DNA of 64,000 nt from Neocallimastix sp. 'constans' (Eukaryota). This document shows positions 29,081-42,822 of the stretch, one piece after another. Positions within the stretch are counted from its first letter, which is position 1; each line of letters starts with the position of its first letter. The stretch is from positions 2,232,001-2,296,000 of the forward strand of contig JBODTK010000001.1 in the NCBI GenBank assembly GCA_050613775.1, in the 5' to 3' direction. A model generated the notes under the pieces. That model was not told the DNA's origin, ran no database searches, and saw only the letters and a list, made by a program, of their open reading frames with translations. Both the position numbers and the translations under genes were made by a program.

Positions 29081-31045
29081 ATGATAAAAGATAATAAAAT
29101 GAATAAAAAAAGAATTGCAGATAAAGAAATGAATATATCTTTTTGGGTAGATATAGAAAGAAAAAAAAAATATATTAACACAACAATTAATCAAGAAATA
29201 TTAAATGATAATGAAGAATTTGATAAAGAAATTATTCATATAATGGAAAGAAATAATGGTTTTATACTAATTATTTTAAGAAACAATTTTATCATAAAAA
29301 ATTCTAATATAATAAAACCTAATAAAATAATTGTTAAATATTATAATATTAATAAATGTGTAGTTCCCCTTTATTTGAAATCATTAATATCAGAAGAAAT
29401 TAAGAATATTATATCTATTAATAGAATAGGGAGTATTGAAAGTAATTCAAATATTTAATATTAAACCATTTTATAATTCTTAAATATATATTTTATAATT
29501 AATAATTTCAAGAAAAAAAGATTTTAAAAACTAATAAATTTATAAATACTATATTGTTTTCAAAAATATTATGAAGTTGAAAAAGATAAAGAAGATAATG
29601 TAAAATATAAAATTAAATTAATTGAAGATTTTAAAAATAATACAATTAAATACAATAAAACTTCATTCCAGGTTAGATTTTTATTTATTATATAGTAACA
29701 ATTTTAAGTATATATTTAATTACTAATAAATAAAAAATAATTATGAAGCCAGTTTTCCCTAAAGCTTATAATTCATTAATAAATTCCAATATTCCAAGTT
29801 TAAGTGATTTTTTACTTTCAATAGAAAGAAATTACACAAAGCAAATTGAGAAAGAATGGGAAACTAAAGAAAAGAATAAAACAGAAATGCAATCAATGTA
29901 ATTTTATTAATTAGAAGTAGAATCAATAAAATAATTTCATTTCTAATTATATTACTATTACATGAAAAGATATAACCTGAAAGCTGAGACAAAAACTGGT
30001 AGAAATTTAAAAAAATTAATGAATCACCATAATGAAGTAAAAATATTATATATATATTTTTATTTATATTTTAAAATATAATAAAAATAACATATGAATA
30101 AAGAGCATAATAAATAAATAAATAAAATAAATGAATAATAATACTAATAATATATTATTATTATGATTTATTTATTAATTTATTATTTATATAAATTGTC
30201 ATTGTTAAAAAGGATATGGAATTAGTAAAAGCTAATTATGACTCACGAATTGAAGAATTAAAAAATATTCAAAAGAAAGAATATAAATTTTTTATAGAGA
30301 ATTTATATAATAAATTAAAGTTAAGAGAAGATATTAGTTCATTTGAAGAAGTACAGGGACTTATTAGATCAGTAATTAATGAATATAAGGTATATTTAAC
30401 TAAAAGTAATATTGAAATTTCTTCAGTATTAGATAATTTATGTAGCTCTTTTAAAGGTGAATTAAAAATTGAAACAAAGAATGATACAGAAAAAAATCCA
30501 ATAGAAACATCAAACGTTGAAAACTCAATTAATCAAATTAATGATGAAAATAAATTAAATTTATCTTCAAAAGTAAATTATTTTATAATTTAATATTTTT
30601 GCTAAAAATATAATTTAATATTATAATAAAATAATATTAAAAATATTTGCAATTCTGAAATAATTAAATGTAGGAGAAGGATATAAAAATTGATAAAAAA
30701 GTTAAGGAACATAATATTGTTAAAAAAAAAAAGGAAAAAAAAAAAAAGGAAAAGATTAAAAAATCAAAAGAAAAGCTGAATGAAATGAAATCTTTACATA
30801 AAAATACATTTAATTCAATGCAAAGTATAAATTGGAATGAAGCAGAAAAATTAATTACAAGTGAGACCTCAGATCATTTTTTACCCATATCAAAATCATT
30901 TTCAAATTTAAATTTAAAATCAAGTTCTATTATAGGAATGAAAAAATTAGGAAGTTTTTTTGGAAGTTTAAAAGATATATCCACTCAAACATCATCATCG
31001 ATTCTAAACAAATTGTAAATTTTAATCAATTTGTAACAACAGAAA

Positions 31046-31112
<67 letters not shown>

Positions 31113-32438
31113 ATCATAATATATTTATTATTATTTATTTTTATAATTTTTATTATAATAAAATAATTTTATATGCAGTTCTAAAGAACTTGAAGGTTTT
31201 GTAGACGTATCACCATTAGATGAAGGGTTATCAGAATCCTTTACAATCTATCATGGAAATCAAGGTTCACATCATATTATATATATATATATATGTACGT
31301 ACATATTTAAGTAACATAGCATATTTATCAATTATATTAATATTAATTTTTAAAATAAAATAAAAAAGTTCGAATGATGTATAATATAAGAATTATGGTT
31401 CAAAATTTTGAAAACTTACTCAGGATTCCAAAAAATAATGAACAACAATTAGCTTATTTTGCCAAAACAGCAACTTCTTTATATTCAGATAATATTAATG
31501 GTATTATTGTTTTATTAACACCATCAGATTGGCCAAAATATGCAATGGGTGAATCTGCAAATAAAAGTAATTATAATATAAATAAATATATTTCGATTTA
31601 AAATTTTTTTTTTTTGTTTTTTTATTTGTAAATAAATATATTTAATTGTTATTTTGCTTTAAAAATATTTATAATGCAAAGCACTTATTCAACAGTGTAA
31701 AAGAACTACAGAATTTCATTTTGATAATATTGAAAAACAACTAATTACAATAGAAAAGTCTTTACCCAAAAAGGATGGAAAACCCGTATTAAATGAAGGT
31801 AATGAAAAATATAAAATTTAATATAAAACTAATATAACATATTTAAAATATCAAATAAATAAATATGTATTAGGTGACTTTTTTGTAACATGCCATTCAA
31901 ATCTTTCATTAATCCATGTTGTTTTTCACTTAATAGTTAGTGATAAATGTTAGTATTGAATAAATAATATTATAGTAATTAATAATTAATTTCTTTTTTT
32001 TTTTTTTTTTTGTTTATGACATAATTATATATATTAAATATATGAATAGATAATATATCAAAGGAATTAATTTCAAAATCAAAATGTATTAAAGGATATA
32101 AGAATATTTTAAGTTATGCTCATAAATATGATATTAATAATTTAACTATCCCATTGATTATTTTACCAAATGAACAAATTAATGATTTAATAGAAAAATC
32201 GAAAAGGAATAAAATTATATCATTTAAAGACTCAATTTTAAATCAATATATAGAAGTATTACTAAAACATACAAAAGTATATATGGATGAAAGTTCCAGA
32301 ATGATTAAGTATTCTTTTGATAGTAGTGGTAAAGAGAAAAATTCAAGAACATTACAATTTATTTTACCAAAAATTATTGATACTGATTCATTTTATAATG
32401 TAGTAGATCAAATAACAAAAATTTTTAAAGCATCATAA
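29081..32438 (+). CDS. FERRY3: FERRY3 / C12orf4 homologue (DUF2362), multi-exon
   Basis: Exons encode LSESFTIYHGNQ-VRMMYNIRI, SLYSDNINGIIVLLT, CKRTTEFHFDNIEKQL, LNEGDFFVTCHSNLSLIHVVFHL and GYKNILSYAHKYDINNLTIPLIIL, all recognisable C12orf4 motifs in the expected order. Confidence 0.85.
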
Positions 32439-32545
32439 ATTAATAATTACAAATAAATTTAAATTTTATTATATAAAAATTTAAAATATAAATAATTGCA
32501 CTATTATTTATATAAATATATACAATGAAAAAACATTTTTTTTAT

Positions 32546-33240
32546 AAAAAATAAAAATAAAAATAAAAATAAAAATAAAAATAAAAATAAAAATAAAAAT
32601 AAAAATAAAAATAAAAATAAAAATAAAAATAAAAATAAAAATAAAAATAAAATAAAATAAAATAAAATAAAATAAAATAAAATAAAATAAAATAAAATAA
32701 AATAAAATAAAATAAAATAAAATAAAATAAAATAAAATAAAATAAAATAAAATAAAATAAAATAAAATAAAATAAATAGTAGAAATATAAATATAAGTAC
32801 AGATTGAATAAAATAAAATAAAATAAAATAAATAGTAGAAATATAAATATAAGTACAGATTGAATAAAATAAAATAAAATAAAATAAATAGTAGAAATAT
32901 AAATATAAGTACAGATTGAATAAAATAAAATAAAATAAAATAAATAGTAGAAATATAAATATAAGTACAGATTGAATAAAATAAAATAAAATAAAATAAA
33001 TAGTAGAAATATAAATATAAGTACAGATTGAATAAAATAAAATAAAATAAAATAAATAGTAGAAATATAAATATAAGTACAAATTGAATAAAATAAAATA
33101 AAATAAAATAATATAAAAATAAAACAAAATAAAAATAAAAATAAAAATAAAAATAAAAATAAAATAAAAATAAAAATAAAAATACAAATAAAAATACAAA
33201 TAAAAATAAAAATAAAAATAAAAATAAAAAAAAAAAATAA
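32546..33240. repeat. Compound (AAAAAT)n/(AAAAT)n tract with six 56-bp satellite units
   Basis: Core TAGTAGAAATATAAATATAAGTACAGATTGAA starts at 32777, 32833, 32889, 32945, 33001 and 33057 (56-bp period). Confidence 0.92.
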
Positions 33241-33420
33241 AAAAAAAAAAAATAAAATAAAAATAAATATGTTTTTTATTTTTTACTTTTTTTTTTTTGT
33301 TTTTATTCATATAAATTAGTTATAAAATAAAATATATAGGAAATTTTTTAAAATTATATTAAAAAGCAATGCTACATCTATATTGAATTATAAATAAATG
33401 AATAATAAAAATTATAACAA

Positions 33421-35110
<1,690 letters not shown>

Positions 35111-35439
35111 TTTGTATTAATTTTTTATAATCAGGTATTAATTTTTTAACTAAGAGATTATCAGAGATATAATAAATTTTATATTATTCAATTTGCTCGA
35201 AAAATTTCTTGTTAAAAATTATATTTTACGATTAATAATATTAATAATAATATTTTTATTTTTGAATATTTTTATATATAATTAATAAAGTTTTTTAAGT
35301 TAAACTCGAAATTTTTATATATATATAATTTAAATTTTATTATTGAATATTGATTAGAATATTAAATAATGAAAGTATAATATTGAAAAATAAATTAACA
35401 TTGTCACTGAAAAAAAAAAAAAAAATAATAATAATTATA

Positions 35440-36035
<596 letters not shown>

Positions 36036-36355
36036 TGTTAGCTTTATTAAATTTAGATCTATAATAATATTCCTTATGGAATATGGTATACAAGGGAAAT
36101 AAGTGTATGATCTATCTTTCGGCTTTAAATAAGTAATAAAGTCACATGTTACTACATGCGTTTTCCATAACATAAAATAAATTAAAAATTAATTAAATAA
36201 ATATTAAAAGATAATTAACATAGATTTAAACAAGACGATAGATCATAATACATTTAAGTAATCATTAAATATAAATAAATAAATACACATAAATATAAAT
36301 AAATACTATAAATAAATAAATTAAATATATAGTTAAATTATGAGTGCAGTCAACA
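36036..36355 (-). repeat. copia 3' LTR
   Basis: TGTTAGC...GTCAACA, direct repeat of 48912-49231. Confidence 0.96.
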
Positions 36356-36364
36356 CTCCCCCTC
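36356..36364 (-). other. copia polypurine tract GAGGGGGAG
   Basis: Abuts the 3' LTR on the sense strand. Confidence 0.9.
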
Positions 36365-36375
36365 AAATAATATTT

Positions 36376-36616
36376 TTAGATAAAAATGTTGTTTGTAAAT
36401 TTTTGTATCTTTGGTCCATTTGAGTCCTTGGTTAATATGTCCGCTAGCATGTTTTCAGTATCAATATATTCTAATTTTACTTTCTTCTTTGCAATATTGT
36501 CCCTGTTGAAATGATATCTTACACTTATATGCTTTAATTTTGTATTTATTTCTCCGTTCTCCATTATTTTCTTACTTGCTTGATTATCTGTATAGATTTT
36601 AACAGTTATCCATTTG
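36376..36616 (-). pseudogene. C-terminal half of the copia RNase H, separated from the rest by the gypsy insertion
   Basis: WITVKIYTDNQAS..TKLKHISVRYHF..TENMLADILTK. Removing the gypsy element and one TSD copy joins it in frame with ...IIKEILNK. Confidence 0.95.
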
Positions 36617-37257
36617 TATAACAAAATATTATAATAAATATAATAACACTCAAAAAAACAAAAATTATTTTATTTTTTATTTATTTTTTTTTTCTTTTAT
36701 TATAATTATTTTATTAATTATATTTATTATAATACTATAAGCCGCAAGGGTTGATATAGTATTAATATTAAAAAAGTTTTATTAAAAAATTAAGTTTTAT
36801 TAACTAAACAAAATTAAAATAAAAAACACAAAGGAAAGAATATTTGTTAATAAGAATTTTACTCATATTTATATTTTTTTCAAAAGTTAAAGTTATTAAA
36901 AAATAAAAATAAAAGTTTCTAAAAAGTTCTTAAAAATCGAAAAATTTAGAAAAAATAGAAAACAATAGAATTAAGAATTTAATAGAATAAATTTTAATTA
37001 ATTAAACACAAGAATTATCAAGAAATTCTAGTAATTTCTTGAACTATAAAGAATCTTCTAGATATTTTTTAGAATAAAACTATAAAATAATAATAAATGT
37101 GAATCGAACCCTAAGTAGTTTGATTCATGGTATTAGTTACTAACAACTATACCAGAAATAATATTTTTTAAATTTAATTATTTGTTTTAAAACTTTATTG
37201 AAAAATAATACTAAATATTAAAATAATAAAATAATTGTAATTATTAATTCTGTTATA
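36617..37257 (-). repeat. gypsy 3' LTR (TATAAC...GTTATA)
   Basis: Direct repeat of 42823-43463. Confidence 0.95.
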
Positions 37258-37258
37258 A

Positions 37259-37269
37259 CTCTCTCCCTT
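37259..37269 (-). other. gypsy polypurine tract AAGGGAGAGAG
   Basis: Lies between the pol stop codon and the 3' LTR. Confidence 0.88.
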
Positions 37270-40200
37270 AGAGACGGATTCCAGACGTCTTAGGTTTTGG
37301 TTTATTTGGAAACTTCTTGTGGAATTCGGCAAGAAGTTTATTGCAATGAAGATTCTCAAAAGGTTCCCATGAGTTTTCAGAATCATCATAACCTTTCCAA
37401 TGAATTAAATATTTAATTTTGTTATGAAATTTCTTTGAATCAAGAATAGATTCAACCTCATATTCTTTTTCTCCATTAAGTATAATAGGTTTTGGAGTTG
37501 GGATATTTCTTTCTGTAAATTCATTTTCATAGGCTGGCTCAAGAAGTGAAACGTGGAAAACTGGAAAGACCCTAAAAGAGTTTGGTAACTTTAATTTATA
37601 ACTTACATCTGAAATTTTCTTTAAAATAGTAAATGGACCAGATTTCTTAGGAGCAAGTTTACCTTTTTTATTATTTATTAAATCATTCCTTAACAGCCAA
37701 ACTTTTGAGCCAACTTTAAACTCAGGCGGAGACATATGTTTATCATCATAATATTTTTTTTGAAAATTAACTGCACTTTGAAGATTTTCTTTAAGTACAT
37801 TTCTTAATTCTTTTAGGTCTTTAGCAATAATTTCAGCACGAGGGACAATAGAAACATCTGGAGTAGAAGGATCAAATTTAGGATTGAACCCATAATTAAG
37901 AAAGAAAGGAGTAGCATTTGCAGATTCTTGTATTGTGTTATTGTAAGCAAATTCTGCAAGAGATAAATATTCCATCCAATTATTTTGTTGATAATTAACA
38001 TAACATCTTAAGTATTGTTCAAGTATTGCGTTTACCCTCTCCGTTTGACCATTAGTTTGCTGATGATGAGCAGATGATAAACAAAGATCAACATGAAGTA
38101 AATTAAATAATCTATTCCAAAATTTAGAAGTAAACTGAGTACCTCTATCCGACACAATATCCTTTGGCAGACCATGAAGTTTGAAAATAGAATTAAGAAA
38201 TTGTTCAGCACAATCCTCAGCAGAGGGAACTGATTTAAAGGGAACAAAATGAGCCATCTTCGTAAAGCGATCAACTACGACAAGAATACAAGACATACCA
38301 TTGGAAGAGGGAAGATCTGTTATAAAATCCATTGAAATTGATTCCCAAGGATTATTGCCAATGGGTAAAGATTTAAGTAAACCGTAAGGTTTATGACGAG
38401 GAGCTTTTGAAGCGCAGCACACATTACAAGTACGAATATATTTTTTAATATCCTTATGCATACCAGGCCACCAATAATTTCTAGAAACTAAGTCAGAGGT
38501 TTTATTTATGCCAAAGTGGCCAGCAGTAGGAGAATCATGACAAGAACAAAGAATTTTAAATCTAAGGCATTCAGGAATATAAATAAGATTGTCATATAAA
38601 AGAATACCATTGGAGAACGAAAGGAGATCAACCGAAGCAATGGGTTTCTCATTAGTAGAAGGCTTTTCAAAATATATCTTAACATTATTAAAGAAAGGAT
38701 CCTTGGAGTAACACTTTTTAATTTCATCTTGTAGATTTGATTCAATAGAGATACTTGAAGTAAAACAAAAATTTTCCGGTTTAAGTACTTGGTAAGGTTT
38801 AGCAGGTTCATGATTATCATAATCAGGACGGCGAGATAAAGCATCAAGCTTACCACCGCGAGAACCTGGACGATACTCAATTTGAAAGTCAAATCGAGTA
38901 AAGAACATTGACCATCTAATTAAACGTTGTGAAAGCTGTTCTGGTTTCTTAAAGTAGAGTAGATTTCTATGATCAGTAAGAACTTTAATAGTATTCTTAG
39001 CACCTTCTAAATAGTACCTCCAAGTTTCAAAAGCAGTCTTAATAGCAAGTAACTCTTTATCATAAATTGGATAATTGCATTCAGCAGAGGTAAAAGCTCT
39101 AGAATAGAAAGCAATTGGATGAAGCTTATTATCTTTAGAGCTAACTTGGGATAAAATACATCCAAGCGCAAAATTACTTGCATCCGTTTCAACAAAAAAT
39201 TGAGAATTAGGATCAGCAGGAATAAGGATGGGAGCAGAAGTAAAAGAACGTTTAAGAAGTTCAAAGGAGTCATTAGCATCTTTTGACCAAACAAAAGGAA
39301 CATTTTTTCTTGTAAGTTTATTAAGAGGATAAGCAATTTTAGCAAAATTTTTTATAAAGCGTCTGTAGAAATTGGCTAGGCCAAGAAACGATTGAACTTC
39401 TTTAACTGTAGTTGGAGCAGGCCAATCTAAAATAGCTGAGACTTTCTTAATATCCATCTTAAGACCATCTGAAGATACATAATATCCTAAAAATTTAACT
39501 TCGAACTTATCAAACTCACATTTTTCAAGGTTAACATGTAAATGAAATTTCCTAAGTTGTAATAGTACTTTTTTAACGTGTAAATGATGTTCAGAAAGAT
39601 CATCAGAAAAAATGATAATATCATCAATATAGGCATAACAAAATTTACCTAAATAGTCACTTAATGCAGTATCAATCATTCTTTGAAAACAAGCAGGTGC
39701 ATTCTTGAAACCGAAAGGCATAACTCTAAATTCAAAGTGTCCTAAGCTACATACAAAAGCTGTTTTGTATTCATCTCCAGGCCTGATACGAATTTGGAAG
39801 TAAGCAGATTTTAAATCAAGCTTTGAGTAATACTTATGACCAGGAGCTTTATTAAAAATAACAGTTGTTAAAGGCATAGGATAACTATCTCTAATGGTGA
39901 TTTCATTAAGTTTCCTAAGATCAATACACATACGTAACTCACCATTATCTTTTGGAGCAAATAAAATTGGATGACCAGCTTCTGATTTTGACCTAACAAT
40001 AAAACCGTATTTTAAATAGTCTTTAATAATTTTTTCTAAAGCTATTTCTTCGGGAATTGTAAGGGGATAAATTGCACTATAATATAACTTAGTATTAGGT
40101 TTAAGGTCAATAGCACAATCAAAACTAGAATGAGGAGGTAAGATTTTAGCTTCTTCTTCACTAAATACATCAGAGAATTCTAGATAAATGGCGGGAAATG

Positions 40201-41596
40201 TTTTATTTGGAGTATCCATGTTTGGGGAAGAGGCAATTGAATTCTTCAACACTGAAGGAGAAATAGAAGAATTATCAAACAAAGAATTATTAGGGGTGCA
40301 TGAACTGGAATAGGCTGGTTTCGAAGAGATAGAGTCGGAAGTATTCGAAGTAAGAGAAAGTGAAGTAGAGTTAACCGAGGTCGAAGGTACTGATTCAACA
40401 AAGGAAGAATCTGACGCATTGTTATTACTATTGCAAAAGCTTAAAATATTATTGTTGAAATCAATTGATGATTTATTTTCTTTAAGAAATCTAGAACCAA
40501 TTAAGCACTCAAATTTGTCGTTCAAATCAATAACAAAAAATTCTGTTAAGACCTGAAGGTTACTAACTTTAAATAATATTGGTATAGTTTTACCAACAAC
40601 GTCTTTGCCACCACCAATACCAGTAATGTTATCAGCTTCTAAATTATCATGTACAAGCTTAAAATTATTAATTTTAGCAAAATTACTATCCATAAGATTC
40701 AAGTCGGAGCCGGAATCTATAAGAGCCTTAGCTTTAATCCATTTATTTTTGTAGTTAAAGGAACACTTAATAATACAATCTTTATTAAATTTCTTAGAAG
40801 AATTAGATCTAGCCATATGGGAGGAACCAGGTTTATTTGCTCGCTTTGGACAATTTATTAACTTATGGCCTGATTGTCCACAATATAGACAAAGCCCTTC
40901 TTTAATTCTTCTTGCTCTTTCTTCAGGGGATAAATGAGAGTAATTTGAATCATTATTTGATTTGAAAAAAGAATTAGAATTGGCGTTTCTATTATTACTA
41001 GAGTTAAATCTATAATACTTCCTATTATTACGAGAATTATTATTATTATTACTGTTATTTCTAGAATTGTAATTGTTGATCGTTGCGAATCGAGTCATTT
41101 GATGATCTATACGATTGGTAATTCGCATTAGTTCACTTAATTTGGCAGGAGGAGGGAACAAACTAATTACTCTTTCTTGAAGTCTTGGTAGCAATCCTTC
41201 AATATAAACATCCATTAAGGCAAATTCATTCCAGTCCGTTTTTTCCGAAAGCCTACGGAATTCATTATTGTAATCAGTGACTTTACCATATGCTTTTTGC
41301 TTAATATGCATAAGAGCTTGATTACAATTAAAAACTGCATCTACGTCACTGAATCTATCCTTCATAAGTTCAATGAAAGCGTTAAAATCGTCAAGGACTG
41401 GGTTATTTTCATTCATCAAGTCTGCAGCCCAATCCATAGCTTCATCTCTTAACAAAGTGATGGTATAAGCTACTTTTAACGGATCATTGGTGAAATATTC
41501 AGGACGAAGAGCAATGGCTAACCCAACATAAGCTAAAAATCCCTTGAGCTTAGCTGAATCGCCATTAAAATGAAAATCGTTTGATGAAGAAGACAT
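37268..41596 (-). CDS. Gag-Pol polyprotein, 1442 aa: capsid, CCHC knuckle, protease, RT, RNase H, integrase, chromodomain
   Basis: CLYCGQSGHKLINC; ALIDSGS; LRMCIDLRKLN; MPFGFKNAP; YIDDII; ETDASNFALG; HDSPTAGHFG..CNVC; ISMDFITDLP; SDRGTQFTS; QTNGQTERVN; GPF; YEVESILDSKK..YLIHWKGYDDSENSWEP. Confidence 0.98.
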   Translation of the reverse strand: MSSSSNDFHFNGDSAKLKGFLAYVGLAIALRPEYFTNDPLKVAYTITLLRDEAMDWAADLMNENNPVLDDFNAFIELMKDRFSDVDAVFNCNQALMHIKQKAYGKVTDYNNEFRRLSEKTDWNEFALMDVYIEGLLPRLQERVISLFPPPAKLSELMRITNRIDHQMTRFATINNYNSRNNSNNNNNSRNNRKYYRFNSSNNRNANSNSFFKSNNDSNYSHLSPEERARRIKEGLCLYCGQSGHKLINCPKRANKPGSSHMARSNSSKKFNKDCIIKCSFNYKNKWIKAKALIDSGSDLNLMDSNFAKINNFKLVHDNLEADNITGIGGGKDVVGKTIPILFKVSNLQVLTEFFVIDLNDKFECLIGSRFLKENKSSIDFNNNILSFCNSNNNASDSSFVESVPSTSVNSTSLSLTSNTSDSISSKPAYSSSCTPNNSLFDNSSISPSVLKNSIASSPNMDTPNKTFPAIYLEFSDVFSEEEAKILPPHSSFDCAIDLKPNTKLYYSAIYPLTIPEEIALEKIIKDYLKYGFIVRSKSEAGHPILFAPKDNGELRMCIDLRKLNEITIRDSYPMPLTTVIFNKAPGHKYYSKLDLKSAYFQIRIRPGDEYKTAFVCSLGHFEFRVMPFGFKNAPACFQRMIDTALSDYLGKFCYAYIDDIIIFSDDLSEHHLHVKKVLLQLRKFHLHVNLEKCEFDKFEVKFLGYYVSSDGLKMDIKKVSAILDWPAPTTVKEVQSFLGLANFYRRFIKNFAKIAYPLNKLTRKNVPFVWSKDANDSFELLKRSFTSAPILIPADPNSQFFVETDASNFALGCILSQVSSKDNKLHPIAFYSRAFTSAECNYPIYDKELLAIKTAFETWRYYLEGAKNTIKVLTDHRNLLYFKKPEQLSQRLIRWSMFFTRFDFQIEYRPGSRGGKLDALSRRPDYDNHEPAKPYQVLKPENFCFTSSISIESNLQDEIKKCYSKDPFFNNVKIYFEKPSTNEKPIASVDLLSFSNGILLYDNLIYIPECLRFKILCSCHDSPTAGHFGINKTSDLVSRNYWWPGMHKDIKKYIRTCNVCCASKAPRHKPYGLLKSLPIGNNPWESISMDFITDLPSSNGMSCILVVVDRFTKMAHFVPFKSVPSAEDCAEQFLNSIFKLHGLPKDIVSDRGTQFTSKFWNRLFNLLHVDLCLSSAHHQQTNGQTERVNAILEQYLRCYVNYQQNNWMEYLSLAEFAYNNTIQESANATPFFLNYGFNPKFDPSTPDVSIVPRAEIIAKDLKELRNVLKENLQSAVNFQKKYYDDKHMSPPEFKVGSKVWLLRNDLINNKKGKLAPKKSGPFTILKKISDVSYKLKLPNSFRVFPVFHVSLLEPAYENEFTERNIPTPKPIILNGEKEYEVESILDSKKFHNKIKYLIHWKGYDDSENSWEPFENLHCNKLLAEFHKKFPNKPKPKTSGIRL

Positions 41597-41681
41597 TGAA
41601 AGAATTATTAAATTATAAACAAGTTTAAGAATTGCAATAGGAAGATTTATTTAATATTATCACTATTATTATTATTATTAT

Positions 41682-41716
<35 letters not shown>

Positions 41717-41887
41717 TGCTCCCGAATGAAAATTGTAATGATAAAGAATAATAAATTATTATTTTTCTAGGCGTTTAGTTTAATTGCTGATTTAAATTTT
41801 TTTTTTTTTTTTTTTAAATTTAATTTGGTAAATATAATAACTAGACTAAATTTCACTCTTTTATGCCTTACAACAAAATAAAAAACC

Positions 41888-42180
41888 GGCAAGAGTTACT
41901 AACTAGAGGTATATACTAGACCTCAAAATAAAAAATTATAAACTATATATTTTAAAGTCGCTTTACCTTCACGACCAACCAATAGCCTTCGGTGACTATA
42001 GTTCCTTATTCGCCAGAGCTTATTCGAATAGAGCAACCACCGAACTGTTGAAGTTGGTTGGTAGGATGTGGCTTTCGTTTAATCCACACGCTCTTCACGC
42101 CCTAGGGTTTTGAAGCCCGTTTATATTCGAATAATTAACGGCTATAGTTTCTAACCTACTGAAACTAGTTACTAACCGCC
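41888..42180 (-). other. GC-rich structured segment in the gypsy 5' leader
   Basis: Nested inverted repeats and two TATTCGAATA palindromes (see findings). Confidence 0.6.
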
Positions 42181-42510
42181 GAAACTCTGTTTATGAGCTC
42201 TAATCGCTCCTAGTATATTTAAATATTATATTTACCTGTAATATTCTTTAAAAAGTCTCAAGAACTGTAGAACTTCTTAAAGAATTTTTTTTTTTTTTTT
42301 ATATCAAAAATTTTTTTTTTTTTTTTTTTTTTCGCCTAGATAGATTTTGGTATTATTGTGAGTATGCTATTAATACCAAAAACCGAGAATTTTATTTTTT
42401 AAAGAAAAAAAAAAGTAGATTCAAGAAGCAAGGCTGAACCCAAAGAAGATATCAGAGACTAAGAGAAGAAGAGATTTTGTCCAAAAGTAGAAACCAAGAA
42501 TCAGAAACCC

Positions 42511-42596
42511 GAAACCAATGGAAACAAAAACCAAGTCCAAAACTAAGAAATCTGAAACCAATGGAAACAGAAACCAAGACCAAAAATAAGAAATCC
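42511..42596. repeat. Two imperfect 43-bp tandem units in the gypsy leader
   Basis: GAAACCAATGGAAACA(A/G)AAACCAAG(T/A)CCAAAA(C/A)TAAGAAATC at 42511 and 42554. Confidence 0.85.
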
Positions 42597-42811
42597 AAGG
42601 CAAACAGAAAGAATCTAACCAAAAGTGGAAACCTGAAGCCAATAAGATAAGTAGCCAAACAGAAACCAAAAACAAAGGAAACAGAAAATCCGAGAGATTC
42701 AAAAAATAAAGTCCAAAAAGAAAACAAAAAGGCAGTAGACACTAATTCCAAAAGAAAGCTTCAAACCAAACAAAAGGGTAGATATATCAAGGCACGGCGT
42801 CTAAATCTTGG

Positions 42812-42822
42812 GTGTTTTTTAT
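42812..42822 (-). other. Self-priming primer-binding site ATAAAAAACAC
   Basis: Directly abuts the 5' LTR. It is perfectly complementary to GTGTTTTTTAT inside the LTR (43025-43035) and lacks the TGG expected of a tRNA-CCA primer site. Confidence 0.8.

Noticed and set aside
32777..33110. CRISPR-like regularly spaced repeats
   Set aside because: The intervening sequences are identical (AAAAT)n rather than unique spacers, there are no cas genes, and the context is eukaryotic. The 'Cas1p' at 52837 is an unrelated acetyltransferase.
36615..36616. TG immediately left of the gypsy LTR as a canonical terminus
   Set aside because: It belongs to the ATTTG TSD and the copia reading frame, and is absent before the other LTR.
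41940..42200. Hammerhead ribozyme or tRNA in the leader
   Set aside because: No CUGAnGA/GAAA core and no cloverleaf with a T-loop found on either strand by eye.
42421..42751. Hydrophobic ORFs in the gypsy leader as a possible env-like gene
   Set aside because: Both start at TTG, lie upstream of gag and reflect a T-rich strand bias with tandem repeats. No recognisable motif.
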